NCBI GenBank assembly: GCA_004764695.1
Contig: SMSO01000034.1
Span: 3,720,001-3,784,000 of the forward strand
Reading direction: 5' to 3'
DNA from: Schizochytrium sp. TIO01
Lineage: Eukaryota; Protista; Bigyra: Labyrinthulomycetes
Length of the DNA stretch: 64,000 nucleotides
This document shows positions 11,889-23,067 of the stretch, in pieces; position 1 is the stretch's first letter; every line of letters begins with the position of its first letter. The notes below the pieces were generated by a model. That model did not search any database and was not told where the DNA came from. It saw only the letters and a program-made list of their open reading frames with translations. The translations under genes were made by a program, and so were the position numbers.

Positions 11889-13714
11889 TATGACAACCTC
11901 ACAAAATCACACTTGCCTGACGCAAGCGCAAGCAGTTGATACAAATATATCTTTTCAAGCTTGAGCGCGCCAGTCAGGTTGCTTTTGTCGTTGCCGTCGC
12001 AGGGGTCGTTATTGCGAACCCTCGTCAGCGGCAAATCCTTCAGAGAAGCTGGACTAGCTAACTAACCACCTGGTCTAAAGAATCGCACGGGAACGAGCGA
12101 CTCGACCTAGGATGGGCTCTCAAGCAGCAGCAGAAAGCGACGGTTCTCCGGTGCTTCGTGACTGCTGACAAGCCTCAGCCAAGCCAGCCAGCGAGTGAGC
12201 AACAGCAAAAACAATCCAAAGATGAACGGGCTTGCTTCAACCTTCGATGATTCACAGTCACCTTATTGTACAATGAGTACGTATCTACCTCATTACTCTA
12301 CTTACTCTGTTACTACTCAAAATAGAACGAACGGAACACTCCTCCTACTTCTTATGTATAGGTGGTCATTATAGCCTATTCCTCACCTTGACTACGAATA
12401 GGCCTATCTAGCTTTCCTTAAACCAAATGCTCTAACCTAACCTGCTCTCTTTAACCCTAACCAGCTGACCCTTTGCTCTCTCCTTGTTCCTCCTTAGCCC
12501 CCATTCCCCTCATTACCCTGATTATGAACTAAGGTATAATTCACTCATGGCCACTCTATAACCCACTTTCATAGCGTATTACGTATTATGTACCGAATTT
12601 TGTAAGTACAACAAAAACCCCTGACCCCCTCTTCGACGGCGAACCAAGCCCATATATGTCGCGATGCGGCCGTAATTCAAAAGGTCCAATATTCCTCTCC
12701 TTATGGCGTGGGAGAAAACCTAACCCTGGTCTAATAGGCCTGTTTTTCCTCACCGCCGCCCCCACCCAAATAAGGGGGGAACAGGGGGAACTCAGGGTCG
12801 GGTGGCCGCGAGGGCGGCAGCAGTAACGAGAAGCACGGAGACGACGCAGCGGGTACGTGCGCCGGCCAGGATGGAGGCTCGCGGCGGGGGCTTTGAGGGC
12901 TGCCACGGAGAGCTTGGAACCACGGAGGGTGGCTTCTGAGCTCTCGGGGTGGATCTCTGCTCTTTTGCCACTGGGGTAGCCCGTCTGGCAAGATGCAGGA
13001 TGAAAATGGATGGATGGCTTTGCATTCGGGATGACAGGCACAGCGCCGGCGACGAGAGACTACACTCGCCAGGGCGTCTGAAAAGACTGGCACAGCTACA
13101 TTGGAGATCTACGAAGAGGACCTGAGATATGTCACACCAGATACAGCTTTTTGGCGACGGGCCAGCCGAGATGGAACGAGGTCTCGATGGCGTTCTCTCC
13201 ACAAATTACATTTCAATATATAGTCCTATATATTCTATATGTACTCGCATACCTTGGCTTGCCAAGGACCAGCAATACCACTACCTCGACTTATTTCGAC
13301 GCTCACGCGGAGAAGTCGTGTACACGGTGAGCTAGTTTCCTGCGCCTGAGGACGCAATTGCGAGGGGAGAGACAGCCGGCCTTTTGGTGTGCAGAGCGAA
13401 GAATGGCCAGAAAAGACCGCTCTCGGAGTCTTTGGTGGTCGCCACTCAGTGTCTTTGATAGCAGAAGCACCGTAGCTTTCTTTTGCAGAGGTTGACAACT
13501 CTGTGCCCTTGTAGACCCGAAGACAGCCTCGACTTGGTGTGATCATCCGCACTGCCAACCATTCGTTCATTTGACCATTCATGTACTCTTGATCAGACAT
13601 GGCGCTTTATGTGTACACGTACACAAGAGAGAGAAGATTATAGACACCGTGAAGACTAACACTTGTGTATTTGCTTGCAACCTTGATAAATACAGAACCG
13701 CTCCTATAGCCAAA

Positions 13715-14296
13715 ATGGGCCGCAGCAGCACCTACTCTTCGGAGCCGGCCAACCCGGCCACCTCCTGCAAGGCCCGCGCCTCGCAGCTCCGCACCCACTT
13801 CAAGAAGATGATCAACGTGGGTCGCTTTATTCGCGGCATGAAGGTTGAGGCTGCCACCGCCTACCTCGAGCAGGTCCTCGACAAGGAGCGCGCCATCCCC
13901 TTCAAGGTCCACCGCGCTGGTTGCGGTCGCCACTCCCAGGCCAAGATCGTCAACGCCCCCGGTGATCAGGTCGGCTGGCCCGTGAAGTCGGTCAAGTTCA
14001 TGCTCGACCTCCTCTCCAACCTTAAGGCCAACGCCGAGTCCAAGGACCTCGACATCGAGAACCTGTACATTCGTCACGTGCAGGTCAACCAGGCCATCAA
14101 GATGCGCCGCCGTACCTTCCGCGCACACGGTCGCATTGGACCCTACATGCGTAACCCCTGCCACGTCGAGCTCTGGGCTGAGGTCAAGGGCGAGCCCACC
14201 CAGAAGGAGAAGAAACCCGAGGTCCAGCTCACCCGCAAGCGCATGGCTCAGCTCCGTCTTCAGAAGGTTCCTATTGGTGGTGGTGCTGAAGAGTAA
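13715..14296 (+). CDS. RPL17: 60S ribosomal protein L17 (uL22)
   Basis: ATG in a CAAAATG context at 13715. Motifs KARASQLRTHFK, GRHSQAK, WPVKS, NAESKDLD, HVQVNQA, RRTFRAHGRIGPYM, PCHVE. Extreme C/G3 codon bias. Confidence 0.97.
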   Translation: MGRSSTYSSEPANPATSCKARASQLRTHFKKMINVGRFIRGMKVEAATAYLEQVLDKERAIPFKVHRAGCGRHSQAKIVNAPGDQVGWPVKSVKFMLDLLSNLKANAESKDLDIENLYIRHVQVNQAIKMRRRTFRAHGRIGPYMRNPCHVELWAEVKGEPTQKEKKPEVQLTRKRMAQLRLQKVPIGGGAEE

Positions 14297-16796
14297 ATAT
14301 ATCATTGCTTTTCATGCGTTTTATTCTTTCACAATTGCGAGATTTCTTCTCTAAATACCACACTTGACATCTGACACACCTGTCGTTTCCTTTCACAATT
14401 TTCCCTTGTTGCTGGTGTTGCTTGTTCCGACTTGTTCGTTGAGATTGCAGTTTGTTTTGTTAATCCTGAAATCAGGTTTGTCTTGAGTGAAACACCATTG
14501 CTCTTCTCAGATTGAGGTGCTCAGTTGCTCTGATTCATAAGTGAAGGCAAAGCTTGATCTCAATGTACGTGATCTAGTAAAGAAGAAATCAACAAGATAT
14601 TATACCTCTTTCTTTCTTTCTTTCTTTCCATTGTAAATTTGAAGTCCGTCTCGTTGCGAGATTTTAGATGATAAGTCGTAAAAATATGATGTTGAATTCA
14701 ACTCTAAATACATGAGGAGCAACTGCATTTTGTACATCATATGAAAGCTGTCATAAGGTAGTATCGTTTACAGATACATACAAAGCACTAGCTGCACATG
14801 TGGCTCTCACATACCTTTTGGCGTCCACTACGTCCACTATCTATGTATTACTTGTTAAGACTAAAACTGCGAAGATTTTACAAGTAGAAGACATATAATT
14901 GGTAAGGTTGCATGTTGAGTGGCTTTAGGGCTCCTGGTTGGAGTTTGTTTATGAGTGGGCTTGCAGAAAATAGAACAACCAATGTCAAACAAAGCTTCAA
15001 TGGACGAATGCAAGCATTTCTGCTACTGTCATTCAGAATAGCCCTCATATATGTAATTGAACCGTTGCTTCTATAACTTTTGCAAATTGACGTGAAGTGG
15101 GTGATAGTGAGGACAGAGAGATAGAGGAAAAGTGCAGTTAGTAACTAACATTTAAGCTATCCTGGTTAAGTCTACTCACGAGGTGTGGGCAACAAATTGA
15201 CTATACTCCACTCGAGAGATTCTCGTAGATAACCATCTGCATATACACTTAACAATTATGCTAAAATAATATTATAGGAACAAACAAGCTCTCTTTACGA
15301 CGGCTCATAGAATTTTGTAACTGAGTGTACGTTCTGAAATTAGTCATCTAACATGAGATTGTTTCAGCAAGTTTCTTGATTGCTGTTTTTCATTTGTGAG
15401 CCATGCTTAGGCTTGGAATATTGCTAGGGCCAATCGAGTATGAAAATGCCATAAGAAGCATGCAAAGAAAGAGCTTGGAAAGAAAGGCAGGGTTGAAAAG
15501 TCACAGTGCTGAGATCCCGAATCGGAGTAGCATGTGGAGATGATATTGCTAGGGTTCTTGATGTACTATTATAAGGCCCAAAGAATAAGAAATCGTGATG
15601 AATTAGAACTAGACAACCAAATACGGGGTTGTGAAGCCAAGGAATTCAAGAATCAAGCATGTGCATAATATTTTATTAAACAAAATAAGTATGGTGAAGT
15701 CTATATTGATGAGTGCGAAACTTAGTTGAGTACTAACCTTTTCAACTATATTTAACAGATATAAAGTCTCACAATTATGACATGAGTCAACCCACTCCAA
15801 GAACGGTAGATCTTTAACTCATTAGCCAAAGTTGACAATGCTTCCCCGATGTTCTTTAAGTTGCTCATCTGCATCGTGCCAGATTTATCTTTCAACAATA
15901 TATAAGAAGAGAAAACTGTAACAGACACGCATTAGCTCAGCTCATCCTCGATTTAGATGTTTCTTACAATGATAGAAGAACGACAAAAACGCTACCAATA
16001 GTCTGCTGCGAAGAACGAGATAAGTATGCGGCGGCGCACGCCAAATTTAACAAGAGAAGACACTCACCTAAGACCTGGAAAAATAACAATAGTGGAGGCT
16101 AGCGAAAAGGGAATGCTTGGGCAAGCACGCATGCAAAGAGTGAACAGAAAAAGCAAACAGTATTTTATGGCAGCTTGGGGCCTGATTGATCTTCGCTATT
16201 GCAAATTCAATTCATGGATATTGATTAGAAGAGGAGCTTGCTGAAAAATGGATCTGGTCAACTAGAAGCTGACTATGAAGATGAAGTTAAGAGGCTTAAT
16301 GAAGGCTTAACAAAGACTTGGTGAAAAAATCGGAAGGCTTAGGAAGGCTTGATAATTTGGGCTTAAAGAGCTAGCGGTCTACTGTCCTTAGAACTCAAGT
16401 CCAAGGTAGAAAGATTTTGTTATGATTAGTAGCATAAGACGTACTTGAGTTGTGCTAGACAAAATTGATCAGGTTAGGCTAACTTGTCTCTAAACCCATC
16501 AATTTGACTCCACCATACTTGATTCTAGCATTCGTGTATGCAAACTTTTGGTTCATGGCTTCCTTCTCAGCCACGCAAGTCTGTTTGTCCAGTTCTACTC
16601 CTATGCAAGTCCTAAAGCCATGGCGTCTTCAAGTGGAATGCCTAGAACTCTGACAATGTTTTGCCAACTAGTTCCTACAATTGAAGATCTTAGCAAGGTC
16701 TTAAAAAGAGATCACAATCTCTCTCTTGCGGGGTTTCAATCACGCCCTCTTTTGATTTTAGATTTCGAAGAGACTAACAAATCTATAGAAAGAAAA

Positions 16797-16823
16797 GGAG
16801 GAGGAGGAGGAGGAGGAGGAGGG
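16797..16823 (+). repeat. (GGA)n microsatellite
   Basis: Direct reading. Confidence 0.9.
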
Positions 16824-17946
16824 ATGAGAAAGAAGTGTGAAAGGCGGCTGAAAAGACTGATTGATGATTCGTTCATGCCCCTCCAACTCAACCCTACACG
16901 AATATACATACACACAAAGAGGTTCTTTATGAGCCTGTAGAATGACAGAGGATAGATATCGATCGAGCAAGTCACCTTTCGATCTGCATTTTTGATCAGA
17001 CGAAATGAGCAATTGCTGAGAGCTGATCCTTGCACAGTCAGAGGTTGACTTAGAAGATGAAGGCAAGGAGCTTGGGTAGTATAATAAGACTGAAGAAGGC
17101 ATAATGGGTTAGCGATCTGGTGACCTTGGAGATGAACCCCCAGGTAACTTGGTTCATATTCTATGTTCTAATCAAGAGACTAAAACAGGCTTTATCTATT
17201 CTTGCGCAGGACCCAAAGGATTAGGTTAATTGGTTTCCCCAACCACTAGTTGCTGTCCGTAGACAATCCCTTGAATTACACTTTCGTTCCCAAGGTTCCT
17301 AGGTCCGACACTTAGCCACATCGTCCTCATATACAAGTCCAATAGTTTAGGATTTATAATACTGTGCCGAGGACTCTAGTAGGAATCTTGTCCACATGAC
17401 TCTTCGATTGATAATCTCGGCAGCAATGTTAAGAGCAATAGGGTAAACCTGTAATTGATGGAATTTTTTACCATTCTCATGTCTTCAGTGAACATGCATT
17501 GTTACCGCTGCCAGGCCCTCCGTTCTTTTCCTTTAACGCTTGACTAAGCTGGAAATTGAACAAATATTCACCTTTTTATGGGAGTGTAGTTTCTCAGCAG
17601 CTATGGTTGGATGAGTATAACATGCATGTAGGACCAAGGGAAACCTAGGAAACGAAATTAACAGCAGATACAACACTTGTAGTAAGCAAAGCCCATATTC
17701 CTCTTTCCCTCTGAATGCTTGAATTCAATTTGTACTCGCATATCTACAATAACAGAACTGGCAGTATGGTCAAAGAGATATGATTTCTTTGAGACTGGGT
17801 TGATTGAACATAACATGTTTCCTATAAAGCAAAAGCTAGTTTGATTATTTAGCGTTTAGCATGACCAGCTGGTGAAACAGAATCGAGCCAGTGCGTACAA
17901 ACTATTGTTATGGTTAAAAAAACAAGAGTAAAATGAAAATTGGAAA

Positions 17947-18999
17947 TTAGAGAACCAGAGTCTGCTTCTCGCAAGCTTGACCGTAGAATCCAGAGAAACA
18001 AGTGCAAACACCAGTCTCTGAATCGCAAATTCCTCTGTTTGAACAAACTGCACGCTCAGCAGTTCCCTTTTGTGTCTCAGTGACTGTTGCCGTGACTGTT
18101 CCTCCAACCATACCAGTGTAGTACGGCTGGCAACCATCAACGGTGCAGCCATCGACATAGACATTAAGAGCTGGCTGGTCGCCAGGTGTCTGGTCACTAA
18201 TGAAAGTAACGGTGAAAATAAGAGAACCAGTTGTAGCTGTGGTAACAGCAACGTCAATGTCGTCGATTGCACGCATAGGCAACGAAAGAAGTGCTTCCCG
18301 AATCGCAATGATAGAAGTACTTGCGGCAGTGTAAGGAATGGGACGAGTAATCCACTCCTCACCACGCCAGTCAGTGTAACCGAGTAGAAACTCTGTGGAA
18401 GTAAAGGTACCGGTGGAACTGATGGAGACAGTCTGAATCTCATCGACCTCAGCAGTTCCAGAGCTATCAAACACAGTGAGAGGGTCATTACCAAGTTTGC
18501 ACACGCGGTCGGCGCATGCGTAACCCCCCCAGCCGGCGTCGCACTTGCATACCTGGATTTTGGTGGCATCCCACTCAGCATAAGTAGTCAAAGTGGATCC
18601 ATCATAGTCTAGAAATTCAGTCTGGTCCAAGGTCTCACATGTACCATGACCATTACAGTTGCCATCACCAGGGCAGGAAAGACGATCACAGCCCTCCCCC
18701 TCAAAGCCATCATCACACACGCACTCACCAGACGAGCGATCACAGGTGCCCCGGTTTCCACATTCAGCATAGTAATGAGCCTCCCGGCCAGTCACAGAGG
18801 TGTCGGGGATGTCTGCCCAGGCCTTTGTGTATGGGCACTTCCGCTCACTGCAATCACCCTGCATCCAGTTTGGGTAGCACTCGCAGACATCATCTGCGCG
18901 ACAGCGACCATTTCCACTACAAGAGTTAGGGCAAGCACCAAGCACATTGGCAGGAATGACTGCAAGGACCGCAATTACTACAAAGAGCGAGGTCTGCAT
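17947..18999 (-). CDS. Tubular mastigoneme (flagellar hair) protein, Mas/Ocm/Sig family; secreted EGF-like protein
   Basis: Signal peptide, then CPNSCSGNGRC, DCSERKCPYTKAWAD, AHYYAECGNRGTCDRSSGECVCDDGFEG, WDATKIQVCKCD, C.LGNDPLT, an EIQT beta-rich domain and a terminal CSNRGICDSETGVCTCFSGFYGQACEKQ EGF. This is the architecture of stramenopile mastigoneme proteins. Confidence 0.88.
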   Translation of the reverse strand: MQTSLFVVIAVLAVIPANVLGACPNSCSGNGRCRADDVCECYPNWMQGDCSERKCPYTKAWADIPDTSVTGREAHYYAECGNRGTCDRSSGECVCDDGFEGEGCDRLSCPGDGNCNGHGTCETLDQTEFLDYDGSTLTTYAEWDATKIQVCKCDAGWGGYACADRVCKLGNDPLTVFDSSGTAEVDEIQTVSISSTGTFTSTEFLLGYTDWRGEEWITRPIPYTAASTSIIAIREALLSLPMRAIDDIDVAVTTATTGSLIFTVTFISDQTPGDQPALNVYVDGCTVDGCQPYYTGMVGGTVTATVTETQKGTAERAVCSNRGICDSETGVCTCFSGFYGQACEKQTLVL

Positions 19000-21900
19000 C
19001 TTGGAAATAGTTCAAAAAACACACTAGTTTGCAAGCTTCACTTGTCGATCAGTAATCGGCTGTGATCAACAGCTTATTGCAAAGCCAGCAGAAACTTAAC
19101 GAGTCCTTTCTGCTTTCTGCGCCGGTCTTTGGCTCCTCTACTTCGACAGCTCGTGCTTTGTAGCACAGCAAATTCTGCCGCGGTGTACGGGATTTGCAAA
19201 CGTCAGTGCCTTTCTAAAGACCTTAACTCAGTGACTGCCTTCAAAGCTGCACTAAACACTCTCCTACGCTATTAAAAGGTATTGCAATACCTTGCTCAGC
19301 CGCTCGACAACTGTCTGCTGAGTCTTGCCGGTCTGCACGCTCCGCAAATAGCGATTCTGCTGAGTTGCCTGTTTGAGTAGAATTACTATTCTTTTCTTAG
19401 TGACCAACTATCAAATTTTACCGTTTGGACAACCCACTGTCTCTCTACCTCTCTCATTTCCTCTTATTCGCCACTTTTATCACCGCGGTGTGCCTTACTC
19501 TCTCATTCCCACTAGGTTGAATTTCCGCTTGTTGCTCTTATTGATAAAATAAGTTCAACGGTCCTCTTAGTATGTGACTGGTCGAAGATTTCTAGTGTGA
19601 CTAGGTGGATTATGTCACTGAGCGGAGAACTGCACTCTGAGAGGAGTATGGGGAGGTTCAAACCTTCGTTTCAACTTAATTTAAAAAAAATAATAAAAAA
19701 AAGCAAAACTCAGCTTCTCTTTTTTTTCTTTTTTTAAAATTCCTTTTTCCTTCTTTCTCCGGGTCCCTTTTTAGTTTAAAAACACACGCAGAGAAAAAAA
19801 TCATAACAGGGGAATGAAGCAAATTTGAGAAGGAGCATGGAGTTTGAGAAGCCTCGCGGAGACTAAAGAGACAAACAGGGCACGGTCGTTAAGTGGTTGC
19901 AAAGTTCACGGTTGCAACGGATGAATTTAGACCCGAGTTAGCCAGATAGCTCTACTTCTTTCAGCAGTAAACCCTTTCATCTTTCTTTCCACCCCTTCTA
20001 CTTTTTAATTTTATTGAGGCAAACAAGCTAGCTACCTTGTATTACATTTTCTCTTCTATTTTGCTCCTTGAAAGTGGAGAGCATTACTAAATTACTTGAA
20101 AAGTCCACATTGCTGCATCCGTATGCATCTGCACTAGGTCTTAGGGGTAACGAAAGGTTAAGCCGTCTTGGCTCAGCTCTTTATTACATGTTCGTTGCAA
20201 TCATTTCCTCGCCAACAAATTGCGACCAACCTCACCGTTTATTTATTGCCGTTTCAATCAACAGTCTAATGCCATAGAATGCTTTTTACTTACCTTTACA
20301 AAAACCAGCACACATTGGATTAGCACATGCCCAAAGGTTGTTCCTACTCATCTATTCTTTCTACTAAACAGCTAGAACAAAATTGAGCAACATAGTTGAA
20401 GACCCAGAACAGACAAACACTTATCAGTTGGTTGGTTATGTTGCATGAATTTTGCCTTTCAGGTTTGGTGTTGTTCTCTTCAAACTATTGCAGTAAAGTA
20501 AAAAACTATGTTCACATCAAAAGAGCATACTTTGGCTACGGCTGAACGTTTGTAGAATGTTTTATACCGGTATTGTGGTGATCGCAAACGGCATTCTGCG
20601 AACGAATGGGCAACCGAATCAGGGCAAGGTCCATATGCTGAAAACGGATACTTTTTCAATTTATTTTTTTTAAAGTAGCATCAAGAGTTAAAGAATGGAA
20701 GCATCATTAAACGACACTGAAGGAGTCAGATATTGTCCCTCCCCTGCTTGCATGTACCGAGGACAGTTTGGTAGTAAGCTTTATATCTAGCTCTCATGGC
20801 TCTCTAGAAGTATTTCACAGTTGTGTATTGTGTATTAATAATAGCATGAATGCTCTTAGTGATAGCTTTATTGATTCAATATCCACACGTTGCTGAAACA
20901 TGAGATCTATTAAACACTTATGACATAACTTACATTGTTAGTCCATACTTGCAGCTTCCGCACAAACTATGTGTGTTCATTGCTAAACGGATTGAGTTTT
21001 CTGAGAACATAATAACCTCTGCACTTAACAATGAAAAGTGCATATTAGTACATCCTCGACGCACAGTGGCGTGTAAGCCCTGATGTCTTGGTTGAGTAAA
21101 GCATCAAAACGAAATGACCCAAATTTGGTGAAATAGCTAGTAGACTATGACATTTAATTCATATTTAACACACTAATGTGTGAATATCATTCTGCGTTTT
21201 TGCTGGAAGCTTTTATCAAGAACAAAGATGTGCAGTGTTTTACAAGCCCATTTTTGCATGTATTGATGAATGAAGACCATTTTGAGAAGGGTGGCTTGTA
21301 GCAGTCAAATTAAGTTATATTTGCCTTTGAGTTCAAGATTTCACCAAGAAAGAATAGAACCTCAATAGCCCCTCCCATTACTTAAAGATGTCTTACCCAA
21401 ACTTGGCAGGGTTGATATGTTCACACAAAATTCTTACTTCGGTTTCCAAAAACTAGAATGGTTTTGCTTCGCATATATAAAAATTCCCAATCAAACTGAA
21501 CTAGCAAGACAGTAGATGGAGCTTAGGAATCAAGTTCCCTCTGGGTACTTACGAATGTGCCTAAGTTGTCATTCATTTTCCATGATATTTTTCTATCAGA
21601 CATTGATTGTATTGTTTTGTCGAAGGTGATTGCCTTCGTTGGACTACTATTCATCTTCAGCCAGGCAGACCAGTAAGGATTTAAAACAGCATATTTCCTC
21701 TTGCTTTATAAAAAATACCCCCTGTGAGTTTTTATTTGTCTATCCTTTTTTGAGCTCTTCATTTTGCTGTGACTCAGTCTGCCAGGTTCATACCGGTGTC
21801 TGCCGCTGCTATGTCTTTTATTGTGGTAGTTGTATTCAAACTTTTGCTCTTTTCTTTTTCTTTTTCAAAGAAAAGGACGAACAGAGAACGAAGCAAATAT

Positions 21901-23067
21901 CCAGCAGATTCTTCCCTCCAAGCAGCATTGTAATACTTTCTCCTATGCTTTAAGCTCAATCTCATTGTGCAACCAACCTTTCTTTTTTTTTTCTTCAAGC
22001 TGTCGCGCTTTAGCAGCTACTAGATATTTCCAGGAAGATACTACCGTCTTGTTGTATTTCACCAAGTCCAAAGACATAAGCAACAAGCAAAATTCCAGTC
22101 GATTCCTCTTAACTCTGAAGCGGTTCTCCAGACCAGATCTCAGCTTCTGGGGCTCTTCCAACTTCGAGATTCCAATCTCTCTTCAATTATATCATAAAGT
22201 CTAAGCAGAAGCAGTAGCAGCTACTGCTTTCTTTGTCCTATGGTCCAATCTTACCACACCTCCAAAGAATTAAAAGAAACAAAAACTGGTGGATCCCTTC
22301 ACATATCCAGGTCTCTCTTCTCTCATGTCGACGTTTCTCCAATCCCCCGTGCTCCCATTTGCTGTCTTCTCTCTGTAGGTCTTGCGCCGTAAACTCTTCG
22401 CCTACAGCCCTACAACTTAACGCTCATCTGTTGTTGCCTAAGTTACCGATAAGTTGCACGTAGTCAGCCTAGCAGCTTCACTAAGACTGGGCAATCCTGC
22501 GAGTGCTGTGAAGAAAATGTATGCGCATTACTAGAGTATCTAGTAGGCAGCGCCTAGTGCGTATTATTCACTCATATCATTCAGGGTATTCCTTCTTTCT
22601 TTTTTACAGTTAAAACACAAAAACTAAGGTCAAAGTAAGGAGGTGATTGTTGTGATATCATCGGTCCCTCTGAGAGGAGGAACGAACATCGAAGAAAGGA
22701 TAGCGAACAGTGAACCTAACCTAAACATGAGGAACGTAGGTTGAGCTTAAGAATTAAGCGGGGTTTCCCGAATACAACTGGTTGCAGACAGAAGTATATC
22801 TGACTGATCTCGATAATTGCATTGACTTCGTATCTGCTTGATTTTAAGAACAACAACAACAGAAAGAAACAGCTTTTTAATACATTGTATGGAGTACCTC
22901 TACCTACCTTATAATATAAGACATAGATGAATGATATGAACGAACAATAAAGTTGGGCAGAGAATAAGAGTGCGCTTAAATCAACTCTGGCGAGCGCAGT
23001 TCTGCATCTGAGAGACGCTCTCACGCATCGTCAGAGCTGCAGGCAGAACGCAGGCAGCCTGACCGGC

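Noticed and set aside
12431-12462. Telomere-like TAACC/TAACCC units
   Set aside because: Only a few degenerate units; not an interstitial telomere array.
12995-13033. Ankyrin-like peptide QDENGWMALHSG
   Set aside because: Single short match immediately followed by a stop, with no further repeat.
13571-13714. N-terminal extension of RPL17 in the ORF track
   Set aside because: Starts at TTG and lies within the probable 5'-UTR intron; homology begins at ATG 13715.
19581-19675. tRNA-like segment with B-box GGTTCAAACC, possible acceptor stem and A-rich tail
   Set aside because: No coherent anticodon arm or A-box and an imperfect T-arm; it fits neither a standard tRNA nor tRNA-Sec. tRNAscan-SE/Infernal would settle it.
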